Below, piece by piece: positions 12,333 to 28,070 of a stretch of 64,000 bases of DNA. This DNA is from the human T2T-CHM13v2.0 reference genome, Homo sapiens. How positions within the stretch are numbered: position 1 is the stretch's first letter; every line of letters begins with the position of its first letter. The DNA lies in assembly GCF_009914755.1 (NCBI RefSeq), contig NC_060934.1; one strand, given 5' to 3'. The notes below the pieces were generated by a model. The model was not told the DNA's origin. It saw nothing but the letters and a program-made list of their open reading frames with translations, and did not search any database. Both the position numbers and the translations under genes were made by a program.

Positions 12333-14526
12333 TAACCTCATGCACTGTATTTTAACAAAATTTGTTCCTTATTTTACCGCTATATTTCATGATTTATGGT
12401 CATGAATCCTATAAAGTTCCCTAAAAGCTCATCTCTATAATCTGGAATATCTAAGTATCAATTTTCTAGAAGCTCATATGTGTAAATATTTATATGCATC
12501 CAGAAGTATATATGAATGCATGAGATATTACTCTGAACATATATGTGTTCATATGTGTTTTTATATTTATTTTTCCATGCACAAGCCTTTTAAAAATCCC
12601 TTTTAAATTCAACCCTGACTTTTTATTTTTATGATTGTAAATTATTCGAAAGGGAAGAAACATGACCATTCTTTGAAAGTATTGCTTTAAAACAGCAGGC
12701 TGAAAAAAATTAAGAGAAAACATTCATTTTTTTTTTTTTTACAAAATACACTGAGAAAATAATCAGCTCCAAATGTTTATTGTAAGTGGCAATTATAATA
12801 GAGTGTGAGGTTCTTTCCATTGCAAAGTCTTTTTTTTTTTCCTTGTTGAATCATAATTTATGAGAGCTGAAGGACTCTTTCTTCCTGGGACTTCAGAGCA
12901 TTTGTGAACTTGATAATTATGTCCTAGAGTGAACTCAGGAATCCAAGGAAGCATGTGGATAATTTGCTACTATTTGTTGACGTCTTACCCAACAAATGGA
13001 AGGGTGTGTGTATGAACCATCTCCACCTGAATTATGAATGACCATGAGAGCCATAGGCAGGTCATCAATATGAATGAGCAGGTAATGTCTAACAATATCA
13101 GCAGAGCGGGTTTGCGGTATAAGATTAACATGAGGAGCTTCTTTAAATTCTCTTTTGAAAATAATATTGCTGATGTTTCCTGTTCTGGGATACTGACCAT
13201 ATGCTCATGAACAAGCTGGCTTTGTGTTAATGATCTGTGAACTTCTTGGCCATGACGGGAAGTCTGCTTCTTGGATGATCTGAGGAGGAAGAAGTACCCG
13301 TAGGAATAGGGAGACCAGGAGGATGTGAAAACTGTGGCTATACACCACAAAGGAAATAATTCATGGCAATTTATTGAGCTATTCTGCAACTCAACATGTG
13401 CTCCATTCTGTCTTTGTTGAGCTGTTAGGCTACTGTGTCCATGTAGCTTAAGATGCAAATGTACATTAGTGTACTTTTTAAAAAAATGGTTCAAACTCAC
13501 TCTGAAACTTTTCCCCTACAAGTCTGCATTTCATGTGCTGTATTTTGATCTGAGCCCTCACATCCCACACAGGTAGTCTGGCAAAAAGGCAGAACAAGGA
13601 GTGACTAGTTTTATAAATATCATCCTTCAAGGCAGTTGGAAGAATAACCTACATTATCAAGGCAAAAGGCATATGAAGGATGGTCTTGTCTTTAGTTACA
13701 GTTATTTGCTGTTTGTTGAACAAGCCAGCTTGTCCATGAGCATATGGTCAATATCACAGAACAGGAACATGGGCAAATCATGGAGTATAGGATATGGACA
13801 GGTGTAAATATTGATGAAAAGTTCAATAATGAATCTCTCCACTACCATTCATTTTCTGATATATTTTGGATATCCTTTGTTATTGTTTGTGGGATTTTAT
13901 CTTTAGCATAACAATACTGACCTCTTAATAAACCCAAGAGCACAGCACTTTGAATGGAACATGACACAAACTATGCCTCATGTTGGTTGTTGCCTGAGTC
14001 CGGGAAGTTTCTCTCTTCTCTCCTCCAATAATCATTTGCTAGAAGAATCCCTTTCTATCGTCTTGTCTAAAATGCTGCTCCTCCCCTGGCTTCCCCAGCA
14101 CAGGTCTCTCCCTTCTTTCTCGTCTTGCTGTATTTTTTTGTAGCACTTTTCACTGCCTGACATTGCATCATAAACACATTTATTTACATGTTTACTGTCT
14201 AGAGGCAGTTCCTTGAACAGGGGGCTTTTTCCCTCTTGTTCTTTGCTGAATTTCCTAAACATAGAAGAGTTAGTTTACTGCTCAATGTGTGGTTTTTCTT
14301 TTTAAAGAAATCCTGCATTGAATAAATAATTGAGTCCCATGAACTACAAAGAACCCCTACTTTAAAGCTATTTAAGATAAAATCCTTATTCCATGGACTA
14401 TCCATTCAGCTGACATTTGTTGTAATCTGAAGAAGTGTCTGATTTACCTCAGTATTTTTAAACAGAAAGCAATAATCTTCTCCTTGTTAAAAATCCTCAC
14501 TAAAAGCCATCAGGTTAAATGTTCAA

Positions 14527-14825
14527 GCCAGGTGTGGCGGCGCACGACTGTAATCCCAGCACTTTGAAAGGCTGAGGCGGATGGATCGCATGAGCACAGG
14601 AGTTCAAGACCAGCCTGGACAACATGGCAGAAACCCCTCTCTACAAAAAATACAAAAATTAGGCATGGTGGCACATGCCTGTGGCCCCAGCTACTTGGCA
14701 GGCTGAGGTGGGAGGATTGCTTGAGCCCAGGAAGTCGAGGCTACATTGAGCCATGATCATCACACTATTGCACTCCAGCCTGGGTGACAGAGTGAGACCC
14801 TGTCTCAAAAAAAAAAAAAAAAAAA
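14527..14825 (+). mobile_element. AluJ
   Basis: Dimer with AluJ features (ggaggattgcttgagcccagg) and polyA. Confidence 0.9.
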
Positions 14826-15215
14826 TTTCTACTGCCTGTTATTTAGGCTTCTAAATCTCAGCAGCCTCTTTGTTAACCCTCTAATATCACTAATCGATTT
14901 TTTTCTCTTCATTTATTTATGGCATTTGATCATTATCTTCCCTACATTAATCCTGAAATTTTAAAAACACTCAGGCAAAAGGGGGAAAATTTACATTTTA
15001 GAGCTCAAGCTAATTTGGGATTTAGTGTTTTTTCTTTAAGTCAATTTCCTGAAATCAGTCCTAGAATCTTCTTTCTACTACATTTTCCCTCCAATATGGT
15101 CTTGTGAATTATCAACAAGAATGAAAATCCATAGGTATCTTATCAACAAATCCTAGTGATCTATCTGGCACACTGAAAACTGGAGGAGTTAATTAAAGGA
15201 CTCTGAGTAGATGAA

Positions 15216-15287
15216 TCCACCCGTCCATCCATCCATCCATCCATCCACCCATCCACCCATCCACCCACCCACCCATCCATCCATCCA
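15216..15287 (+). repeat. (TCCA/CCCA)n microsatellite
   Basis: Visible tetranucleotide tandem. Confidence 0.9.
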
Positions 15288-15947
15288 TTATGCTATCCCA
15301 AGTCTGGGGTATTCAACAGAGATAAAGTGATTAAAACACAATGCCCCAAAGATGACACTCCCAGGTTTGCTTTAAAGACTGCTTGGCTGCAAGATTCCTA
15401 GAACTGCCAGATGAGATTTGAACTCTAAGTATACAGAGTCATTTTGAAAAAAAGGATTAAACATCTTAAGCAGAAAGGCATATCATGCAGACAATCTGCA
15501 TACACAGCTGGTAAAGAAGAAACAGCCATTGAGAACACAAGCCAGACAGAAATCTCAAGTTGAACATATGCCCAGGTCCAACCATGCTAGCTAACACCGT
15601 TTTGGCAATAAACAAGTAAAGTGGGCAGTCAGCATTCTTTAGGACACGGAACGTGAATTTTGAACAGCAACTGACACCTTATGGCCTAAAATAAGGAACC
15701 AATCAATTCTGCAAAATATCTTAAATCAGAAATGTTCTAAAACACAGAAGATCAGTAGAATTCCACGCTTTTGACTTGCTGTCACATCAAGACACCTGTA
15801 AGGCTGACAAAAATCTTTACCTACCCCCGAAGCTTTTTCCTTGCAACCCTGTAAGTTATCAATGGTGTTTTGAGCCTACCTGCACTCCTGTCTACGATAG
15901 AAAAGCACTTGAGCTAATGTCAGTTTCAAGGAATAAAAGTTGCTTAC

Positions 15948-16071
15948 TGTTCCGGCAAGGAGAGAACTCGGCATAGGCGCTGAAGTTCTGAATTGCTACA
16001 TAGCAGGTGCCAACTGGGTCCTTTTCTGGTGTCGGTTTAAGAGTTCTCCAGTGATATAAAGGAGCACAGGC
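15948..16071 (-). CDS. ITGA8: ITGA8 exon 4 (124 nt)
   Basis: tttcctag|GCC...AACA|gtaagc; encodes [41 protein letters not shown]. Confidence 0.97.
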
Positions 16072-16315
16072 CTAGGAAACATCAAAGACAAAAAAATACA
16101 TTTTTGATGTAGGTTTCTCATACTACAGTTTTATTTGAATTATTGGTATAACAAACTGTTAAATTATTGGGTGAATTAATTGGCCTCTAGCATGCTAATG
16201 AGTGCCTTGGTCATCAGAGGTAATTAAACTTCCAAAACTAATTTTTAATGTTAACACACTGTAGAATTGGTGAAAATTAAATACATGCAAAAAAAAATGA
16301 GTTTTCTGACAATAG

Positions 16316-16617
16316 TTTTTTTTTTTTGGAGACAAGGTCTTGCTCTGTCACCCAGGCTGGAGTGCAGAGGCATGATCACAGCTCACTGTAGCCGCAACCT
16401 CCTGGGCTCAAGTGATCCTCATGCCTGAGCCTCCCAAGTAGCTGGGACCACAGGCACACACCACCATGCCTGGCTAATTTGTTTTGTTTTGTTTTTTGTA
16501 GAGACAGAATCTTATTATGTTGCTCCAACTGGTCTCAATCTCCTGGGCTTAAGTGATCCTCTTGTCTCAGCCTCCTCAAGTGCTGGAAATATAGGGAAGA
16601 GCCACAGCACCTAGGCC
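16316..16617 (-). mobile_element. AluJ
   Basis: Reverse dimer (cctgggctcaagtgatcctc). Confidence 0.9.
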
Positions 16618-19600
16618 CCATAGAAATTAAATTTTTTTTTTTGCCCGAAGAAGCAAGCAGAAATTAATTCCTAAAAGCGAATAACTCATATTTCTTTTCT
16701 TTTTAATTGGACCTACATAAAAGCAAATGATCATGTAAACAGTGAATTAATCAGTGTGATGTCTTATGAGAACAAGTTCCTTTCTGTGTCTAATTATTGC
16801 TTTTAAAAGATGACTTTCAAATTAAAGGATGCAAACAAGCTAGTAAACCTCTGTTTTGTGACGCCCCCTAGTTTATCACGGAAGCCGCATCTTATGACTT
16901 TTAAACAATGACTTTCATCTGGACGCACTTCTCCATTTTCACAGTGTTTTTGGCTTGGTTTTTCACTTCATGGTTTTTATTCATGGCAAAACTGAAAGTA
17001 GAAGCATCTTATGCCTGTTTTAGCAATTTTATCAGGGATGATCACAAAGTCAGTAAGAGAGCATGTTCATGAGCTACAAGCATTTCCAAGGCATTAAACA
17101 CCACAGGTGAGGCAATTCAAGTCTCTGGCCCTCCTTGTTATGGAGAAATTTATCGAGATAAACTCCAGTGCCCTCAGACAATCTTTTTGAGAAAGGAGAG
17201 TTATCCAAATTATTTCATAAATGCCCTCTCCATTCTAAGGCGGCAAATAACCAAAGGGTTAGAAACAAAATGTCCTATGCTTATTTCCAGCTAACATATA
17301 GAGTGGTAAATTAAATAATGTTGCGTACTGTACAAATATTTGCTCATACTTTGGAACCTTTTTTGGAATTGATTTAACTGCCCACAGGACTTATATATGA
17401 AGGTTTGCATATAAAACTTGATTAATAGATGTATAACATGTTGAATTAAATGCATGCCTATCAGATAGAAGTTGAAACATAATTTTACAATACCAAATGA
17501 TTATGCATTTGTTGTTATATATTTGCTTTTATGATTTATAATTTGTCATATCAGAAACTGATTTGATGCCTCATCCATGCCTTTTCATTTTCAGAATGTT
17601 GCTTTAGAGAAAATAAGACATACTTTATGTCATTGCCTATGACCCCTTTTTAGAATTACATTATGGTAAAAAGAGGGAACTGCTTCTGAATTAGTTTGCC
17701 TAATATCAGAAATATTATCGGCAAAAATAAATTGAAACAACAGCAAGAAAAACATGAAATGATCTGGCTGCTTTTTTAGAAGTTTAGATTCTCACAAGAG
17801 CACTGTATGGAAATCTTCTTCAAGTAAATGAAATAACGAGAAATCCTCGTCAAGTAAATGAAATAACATTTTGTTAGGAATGAGAGAGGAAATAAATGCA
17901 TATAAAACATTAGCTTGGTTTGGACTTCTGTTTTTCTTGCCTGAACCTTCTGTAAATATTGTACCTGATTCTCCAAATACTCATCTCTAAAGACAGAATC
18001 GTAGAACACAGAGCTGCTAGCCTGCCTTCTAATTTGATAGTATGGTATCACACTTAATTCCAGAGAAGTGAAAAAAGATTCCAATTTGAAAGTAGTCTAT
18101 GCTTCCAAATCTGTCCTTGGTAATTTGGCCCAATGTATAACTATTTTTAGTAAAGATAACTCCTAGTCTCAAATAAATTACCCTTCTACAACTTCAGTTG
18201 TTTGGTTTTGCCTCTCTATATATTGTAAAGTCTTGGCCAATACCCCAAAACTCTCTAACTCTTCTAGGTTCCCCAAGTTATCTGGTTCATAAATTCAGCA
18301 TAAGGTGCAGATGCGAAAGCACAGGGAAGTCTACATCATGAAGCATTCACTTGTGTAGCTTGATCTTCTCCAACTGGCCTCACCTTCTGTTTCATCAAAA
18401 GGCATTTCATGCCATGAAAATTCTTTCTAGTGTTTGCCTGATATTAGCTCTAAAAAGTTACTCTTTCAATCTGCTCAGTTTCACATTGATGTGAAACATA
18501 CTGATGGGACATATTTAGGCTTTGACCCAAACCCGCTATGTATACCCATGGTACCTGGATATACAAAAATGATACTTCTGGAGGTAGGATTTTGCAGTTA
18601 TAAAATTATACCATATAGGAAAGAATTTAAATGTTCATTCTGCTAAGTTTCAGCACTCAAAAAATTTAGCTTGAAATATACTCTGTATTATCCTATTTCC
18701 CATCACGTATTTTAGAAAATGCAGGCATGCCAAAAATTAATCATTTTTTATTATGAACACGGTGTATTATTGTAGTTTCCATTGTTTTGAGGGTTTCTAC
18801 AGTTATTGAATAAATATGCAACTATTATATGTTACAGCTAAAATTTCAAGACACACAAAAAAATCAAAACAGTATCCAAAAGATTTTTAAAGCCCCAAAC
18901 AGTTATTACAGAGTTAATTTTTCAACAGCAATTCCCATAAGGCATATACCACCTTAAAAAGTTCTTACAAATTCTGGAATGTGAAAATTATATTAATGCA
19001 AAGACAACTCTACAAAAACTATATTGTGAATGTTGGATTTCTTAACTGGAGAGGGCTGTATACTCTTTATACCTTACCTGTTTTATGTCAAAATCTTTTT
19101 GGGGTTAACAGACTAAATAAAGTAAGGCATTTCCTTTAGATACTTATTCTTATTAAATCATAATTCAAGTAGATTTCAACAAATCCTAAAAGCCAAAGTT
19201 ATTGCTTTATTGTTGTAAGGAAATTAAAGCCAATAGGTTGAAAAAATCCCCAAACTAAAAAAGACTTCCAGATTACTTCAATAGTCATTTTCTTCTCGGT
19301 AACTTAGACATGTATCATTGCTCAGAACAATAAAATAATAGAATTATTAAGTCATAGCACTTTGAAGCTGAAAGATTATCTATTTGAGAATGAGTGTTTT
19401 TACTTTAAAAAGTATTAATGAACTCAGAGAATCATGCAGTTAGCCGTTTAAAAATTATTATGAAAGACAGCTTTCCTTTCGGTGTAAAAAGGATCAATGA
19501 AACCACAGCAGATTAACTTAGCATCCTTATGGGAATAGTCCCATTTTTCTGGTCAGATTTTAAGTAGCCCCTAAGTCAGTCTTAAGCACTATAATATTTT

Positions 19601-19880
19601 ACCACTTTAAGATGTAGCTTTTACTTTTCTTAGTTGTTTTTGAAATATTTGAAAATATTTAACTGCTCTTCTGGAAAACAGGCTTTATTTCCTATAGCTT
19701 TAAACACTAAAATACATTCTTTAATTTTAAGCATTTAGTTGCTTTTAAAATGCCAACAGCCTTATCGTTGAAAGTCTAACATGTTCCTTTAGGAAAGAGC
19801 TTTCCTAAACATGAGCTTGAAAACATTCCAGTGCACACCATACTCCAAAGCAGCAGCACAAGCCCATGGCTCATACTCAC

Positions 19881-19981
19881 CACAACTTTTCCTTTGTGAG
19901 CTTTCACTGTTGCTCCAAACCACTGATTGGATTTGAACTCGATAGGTTCTTTGGTTCCATTAACTCTGATCTTTCTGTTGT
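19881..19981 (-). CDS. ITGA8: ITGA8 exon 3 (101 nt)
   Basis: tttgacag|AC...GTG|gtgagt; encodes NRKIRVNGTKEPIEFKSNQWFGATVKAHKGKVV; phase matches exon 2. Confidence 0.97.
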
Positions 19982-20069
19982 CTGTCAAAGAAGATAGGAA
20001 GAGTTAATAATTTGTAAAATGTGGCAGCCAATTAAAACACATAATAAATTTGTACATTAAAAATACTTG

Positions 20070-21149
<1,080 letters not shown>

Positions 21150-21150
<1 letters not shown>

Positions 21151-22808
21151 CAGATGGCATCAGCCAGATGGCAGACTAGAGGGGCCTAACACTTGCTCCC
21201 TTACAAAAAAGGACCAAAACAATAACAGACAACTACATTGCAACCAGACTAACTTAAGGAGATCGCTGGAGAACAGCAAGGGAGTGGCAAAAACCCTGTG
21301 AGAATAGAAACTCCGGATGGCCGCAGAGAGAAGTGATCCACCCTCTCGCCTCCACCATTTCATCTCCTAAGCCAGGATGAACTCAGAACCAGGAAGGAAA
21401 AGATGAGCAGGAGGCCTCCTGAGCCCCATCACTGTCGTGGACACCTGCAGTCTTTGCTTCGGGAGAATTCTGCAGTCCTCACAAGCCCTGAGCCCAGCTG
21501 GGGAGCTACCTGCATTTCACACAGCAGCACAACTCCAGAGACGGAGCTCACTTTGTACCCCACTCCTGTGACCAGAGCAGCTACTGCACTGAGCCATCTG
21601 GAAACAGGAGCCACTGCTAGAGTGCATCCCGCTCTGGGGGCCACTAGCCACTGCATCCCTCCATCCTTGAGGTTCTGCCATCATTCACTATCCTCACACA
21701 GACACACAGCATGCACCAATCCCCAGCCAACCTGCTGCAGCTCCCTACGCTCTGGGCCCTTCATCTGCCCATCCCAGTTGCCACTGTGCCCTGCTGCCAG
21801 CTACTCAGAGTGTGGGCCCAGCAGAAAAGCTGAATCCAAACCCACAGAGGAGCTGCACCCCTTCGGCGCCAGAACCAACTCATACAATGGAGGGCTGAGC
21901 TCCAGCACTTAAGGGAGCTTTGGTCCCAGGGAATTGATGCTTTGGTGCAGAGGGGCAGCTGTGACTCTGCACTCGAGCCCGTGCTTTGCCCACCCTCTCC
22001 GGGAAACTTAGCTTTCTCTGAGCTGTACTACCCAACTATTGGGCCAAATGGCAGCAGCACCCACCTCCCTTAAGTGCTGGAGCTCAGACCTCCATTGCAT
22101 GAGCTGCTGAGGCTCCCCACCTCCCTGGGGAGTGAAGCCAACATTCGCACCCGGCCTCACAGAGCCTGGTCCACTGCTGTGTCCAGCACTCCAGGGTTCA
22201 AAGTCAACATTGTGGTATTTTTTCTCATATGCCCTGTTGGCTCCAGAACCTGAATTGCAGCTGTGCCCTACTTTCCAGGGCCTGAGCCTCTGAAATACCT
22301 CTTCCTCTGCAGAGCCATGCCAGCGCTGCACCCTCACACCCAGGATCACTGTCATAGCTCCATCCCTGCCTCCTGGGCCTCGGCTACAGGTGAGTGCTGC
22401 AGTCACAGCCCTTGGCTTGGTGGGAGAGCTGCATCTACCCACACCTGAAGAGTGAACCTGTGCCCTCGTCACAGGGGCTACAGTAGTTCAAAAACAGGAC
22501 CCCAGTTCCACAGCCACTCTGAGCACCTGTGCCTGAAACATAGCACCCCGTGGCTGCCTGCAGTCCATGTTGGACCCAACACAAAGAGGGATCTCCTTGG
22601 CTATGTCTTCTCACTGTAGGAAAAATGAAAACAGAAAGATTTCTGAAACTCTTGCTATCAAAAAGCCTAACAACTTACTTTGCCACCACCGTGTCCACAA
22701 ATCCTGCTGTCATCACTGATGTTAATCACAGCTGAAGAAGCTTCAGAGAAACTATACTACTGCACCCACCTAGAACCAGAGCCAATGCACGCTACCCAAC
22801 CAATCCCC
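21150..22808 (+). mobile_element. Probable old L1M 5'UTR (GC-rich, CpG-decayed)
   Basis: Begins with agatggc-type L1 5' motifs; C-rich and CpG-depleted; ends gccaatgcacgctacccaacc as in L1M 5' regions. Confidence 0.6.
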
Positions 22809-24205
<1,397 letters not shown>

Positions 24206-24729
24206 ACTTGAGCACCAATTTTCATATAGAGGGGGATTTCTCTTTGTTTAAGTCTAAGAGCATGACTCCCATTAGATAAATATGACATGAAAATATGTAT
24301 TCAACCATGACATTTCACGACTTAAAAGAAGCATTTTCTTAAGATTTGCATTTCAGAGGTAACTGTTTTGCAAACTTAGTGTAGACTCTGGTATCCTTGA
24401 ATCTACACTTCAGTTATTGATTTCATATTGAAGACCATATATTTATAACTGCTCTAAATATTTCCAAATCTTTCCCAATAGTGAAACACATGGGATTCTG
24501 CCTACTCTGAATAACAGAGGCTTCCCAGCATGTGTTAGCAGGAATCAGCATGAGGGACTCCAAAGTCTTGGTTTTTAACTCAGTAACACATGTCTACACA
24601 GCCACAGTAGATAACACCTCAACACAATTGTACATACACTTTGCAGATGTCAGCATGAGTGGGGCCATCTGGGTAGAAACTCAACCCAATTATAACACAC
24701 TTTAGTTCTTAATAAAAAGCATGCATCTT

Positions 24730-25038
24730 GGCCAGGTGCAGTGGCTCATGCCGGTAATCCCAGCACTTTGGGAGACCAAGGCAGGTGGATCACTTGAGGC
24801 CAGGAGTTTGAGACCAGCCTGACCAATATGGTGAAACTGTGTCTCTACTAAAAATACAAACATTAGCTGGGCGCAGTGATGCACATCTGTAGTCTCATCT
24901 ACTCAGGAGTTTGAGACATGAGAATTAGTTGAACCTGGAAGTGGAGGTTGCAGTGAGCTGAGATTGTGCCACTGCACTCCAGCCTGGGCAACAAAGTAAG
25001 ACTCTGTCTCAAAATAAAATAAAATAAAATAAAATAAA
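24730..25038 (+). mobile_element. AluS with (AAAAT)n tail
   Basis: Dimer; TSD approximately aaa(g/a)catgcat. Confidence 0.92.
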
Positions 25039-25579
25039 GCAAAACATGCATGTTTTCTTTCACTCTTGATTGCACATTCAACTATTTCACACATGGTTCT
25101 AATTGCACAGTTTTAACTAGAGCTTTATCAGTAATAGCTAATGAGTTTCAAAAGACATTTGTACTAAGGGCATCTTATTTGTGTGTTTCCTGTGGTTTGC
25201 ATTTTATTTTTTCTTCCTTGACTTTATAAAAATACATTACAAAATAAACTTTTTATTCCTGTTAAGTGAGGCCAAAATAAACATGTAATTAAACTTTCAA
25301 TTGAGTTTACTTATGATTACAGACTGTTTAAAGAATAAATTATACATACTCAATCTTAACCTAAAATTTACATTTTGACATGTTAGTAGAAAATCATGAA
25401 TTTCCCTCTTAAAAATCTTATGCTTTTGATGTTTCCAGATGTTTTTAAAAAACAAGTTCTGGAAATCCTCACCCAAAGTGCACATGACTAACAAAGAATT
25501 ACAGCATCTTACAGTTTGTAGCTTAAACTGGAAAATATAGACATTTCTATTTATGTCTAGGAAGCTTGGAAGATGATAG

Positions 25580-25770
25580 AATTTGAAGCTGAAGATTTCT
25601 TGCCATCTCTGACTAGGTTACCTTGGGCAATTCATTTAATCTTTTGCAGTTTCGATTTCTTCTATAAAATGAGGCTGAGAATATATTCCCCTTCTCCTGC
25701 ACAGGTGGTCATAAAGTCACGAAGGTTCCATGAGATAAGTGATCGTGAAAGTTCTTTGTAAATTGGGAAG
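25580..25770 (+). mobile_element. MIR
   Basis: ccttgggcaattcatttaatc...cagtttc...tataaaatgagg. Confidence 0.6.
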
Positions 25771-25999
25771 TCATAAACAGAAATCTTGTAGCAATACAGC
25801 TGAAGGTCCATAGGTTTTTTTTCTTTTTAAATCTCTTAATGACAGATAGCTTAAGATAGTTGAAGACAGCGTAAGTCTGTGTTTTGGTATCACAGCTTGG
25901 TATCACCAGCTTAAGGTATCCCCCCTTAAGCTGGGATGTTGATGTTGTACTACAGAGATCTTGCAGCGTTACAACTACATGAAGGTCAATGGCTTTAAT

Positions 26000-26650
26000 A
26001 TATACATATTTTTAAAAATCTATCTATATTATATTTATAATATACCTATATATTATATATCATATATCTATATTATATAGATAATATATCATATATCAGA
26101 TAATATATCATATATCAGATAATATATCATATATATGATAATATATCATATATATGATAACATATCATATATATGATAATATATCATATATATGATAACA
26201 TATACATCAGATAATATATCATACATCAGATAATATATCATATATATGATAATATATCATATATATGATAATATATCATATATCAGATAATATATCATAT
26301 ATCAGATAATATATCATATATGATAATATATCACATATCAGATAATATATCATATATGATAATATATCACATATCAGATAATATATCATATATCAGATAA
26401 TATATCATATATATGATATATCTTACATTTATATTTATAATACATCTATTATATATAAAATATATCTATAATATATAAAAATGTATCTAATATATTATAG
26501 ATTTATAATATATAAAAATGTATCTAATATATTATAGAGTTATAATATATAAAATATATAAAATATATAAAATGGATATATAATATAGTAAATATATTTT
26601 ATTTATTAATATATTTATATAATATATTTTAATATATATTATATCTATAT
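26000..26650. repeat. AT-rich minisatellite / low-complexity tract
   Basis: About 18 units of GATAATATATCATATAT(CA/AT), 16-19 bp each, at ~26080-26420, with AT-rich flanks. Confidence 0.93.
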
Positions 26651-26655
26651 TTGTC

Positions 26656-26658
<3 letters not shown>

Positions 26659-26692
<34 letters not shown>
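26659..26692. repeat. (AT)17 microsatellite flanked by GTCGAC on both sides
   Basis: Read directly from the sequence. Confidence 0.95.
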
Positions 26693-26695
<3 letters not shown>

Positions 26696-27609
26696 GACAT
26701 ATGTATTTCTCTCTTAGGAACCTAGAAATTCAACCTAAGTCCAAGAATTCAAAAGAACCCCCCAGACACAAAAGTATAATATGTTGTTAGTAGTGACTTG
26801 TGGCACTCAGGAATGAACTTATGACACCTCACAACATTGTCAATGTGGCTTAGATTAAACACAGGGAGAAAGTGCTAGAGTAGTCTTAAAATTACTAACC
26901 ACGAAAAGGAGACCAGTGCCTCAAAAATTCAAACAGAGTTAAAGGAGATCGCAGAAGGACTTCAGAAGAGCAGACTTCAGTGAGGAAGGAAATGAATTCT
27001 AGGGGAAAAAATAAGCCAGCTCTGAACGGGACCTTCCTTTGCTAGTTAAAGTTATGTAATTCTGCCTGTGTGATTCCCAAGATATCCTTTCTGCCATTAT
27101 AGGATGAACTGTGTAATAACTTGATTGCAAGTGTCAACTGGGCAATTTGGCAGTAATATTTTTCTTCTGGACCAAGGGTACAAATGAACGGGCTTCATTA
27201 ATTTCATATCCAATCCAGGGATTATAACAGAGCAGAATTGCACTGTCCCAGGTCTCTATGTACTGAGACGAGTTTTTAATCTGGTGTGTCCTCCTCTCAT
27301 TGACCTTTGAAGTCAACAAATCACCTTTCTAAAATTCTGTTTTATTATTTCAATAAATTATCTGACTTTGAACCTAACATTGTAATTGAATAAAATTTCA
27401 AATAAGTAAGATATATATGGGTTGACTCTGAAGGTGCGCTTTCCCTAATTTCTTATTTCTCTTTTCTAAGCAAGGTTCTTTCATGCCAAATAAGCTGACA
27501 CACTGCTCAGTACTATGTCAACCTAGTGCTCAATGAAACTATGATGCATGGAGGATGTTTTTGATTTAATTTGATCTGACCTTTAGTGAAAACTACTTCC
27601 AAGTAATGT

Positions 27610-28070
27610 CTGTCAATACTCAGCACTGTGTTAGCCCTTCCAGTCTCTTCTCTTTATGGCAAGGACTGAAAGTATGGAAAATACATTTCCTAGACTTTCT
27701 AATGAGCAGGATTCTGAATGAATGAGAGGCTCAGGAGAGATTTGAGAACAGGGAAAGAAAGAGAAGCCATGGTTTTCTGGTGACAGCCTCAGGAAGCATG
27801 TGGACATCAGCGGTGACAGATGTGATGTTCTTCCAGCAGCTCCCACATATCCTCCTGACAATCACCTCTTTAGTCCTTTGGACAGCAGAGATCAAGTCCT
27901 GTGATCCCTGAACTTCCAAATTCCTTGATCTGCAGGTAGCAACTTTCCAGACTTTCACACCCTATCCTTGCCAACGTCCATGAAAGCCTGCCAGACTCTG
28001 CGTGAAATTCCTTCCTAGTTGTAATACTCAATGTGCTTTCTGTTTTCCTAACCAAACCTGCTGACTGACA
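27610..28070 (+). mobile_element. Old ERVL-type solo LTR (LTR33/LTR16-like)
   Basis: 3' end tgtgctttctgttttcctaaccaaacctgctgactgaca; atacatttcctagact motif. Confidence 0.5.

Noticed and set aside
12985-13500. 171-aa minus-strand ORF in intron 4
   Set aside because: GTG start, no recognisable domain, not needed for the ITGA8 frame; consistent with a chance ORF.
17810-17867. 30-bp tandem duplication (similar short ones at ~44815-44850 and ~58643-58672)
   Set aside because: Ordinary slippage duplications with no further structure.
21403-22472. 169-aa and 154-aa ORFs
   Set aside because: They lie in GC-rich L1 5'UTR-like sequence where stops are rare; no protein similarity recognised.
26080-26420. 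Regularly spaced repeats superficially like a CRISPR array
   Set aside because: Head-to-tail AT-rich minisatellite with no unique spacers, in a mammalian intron.
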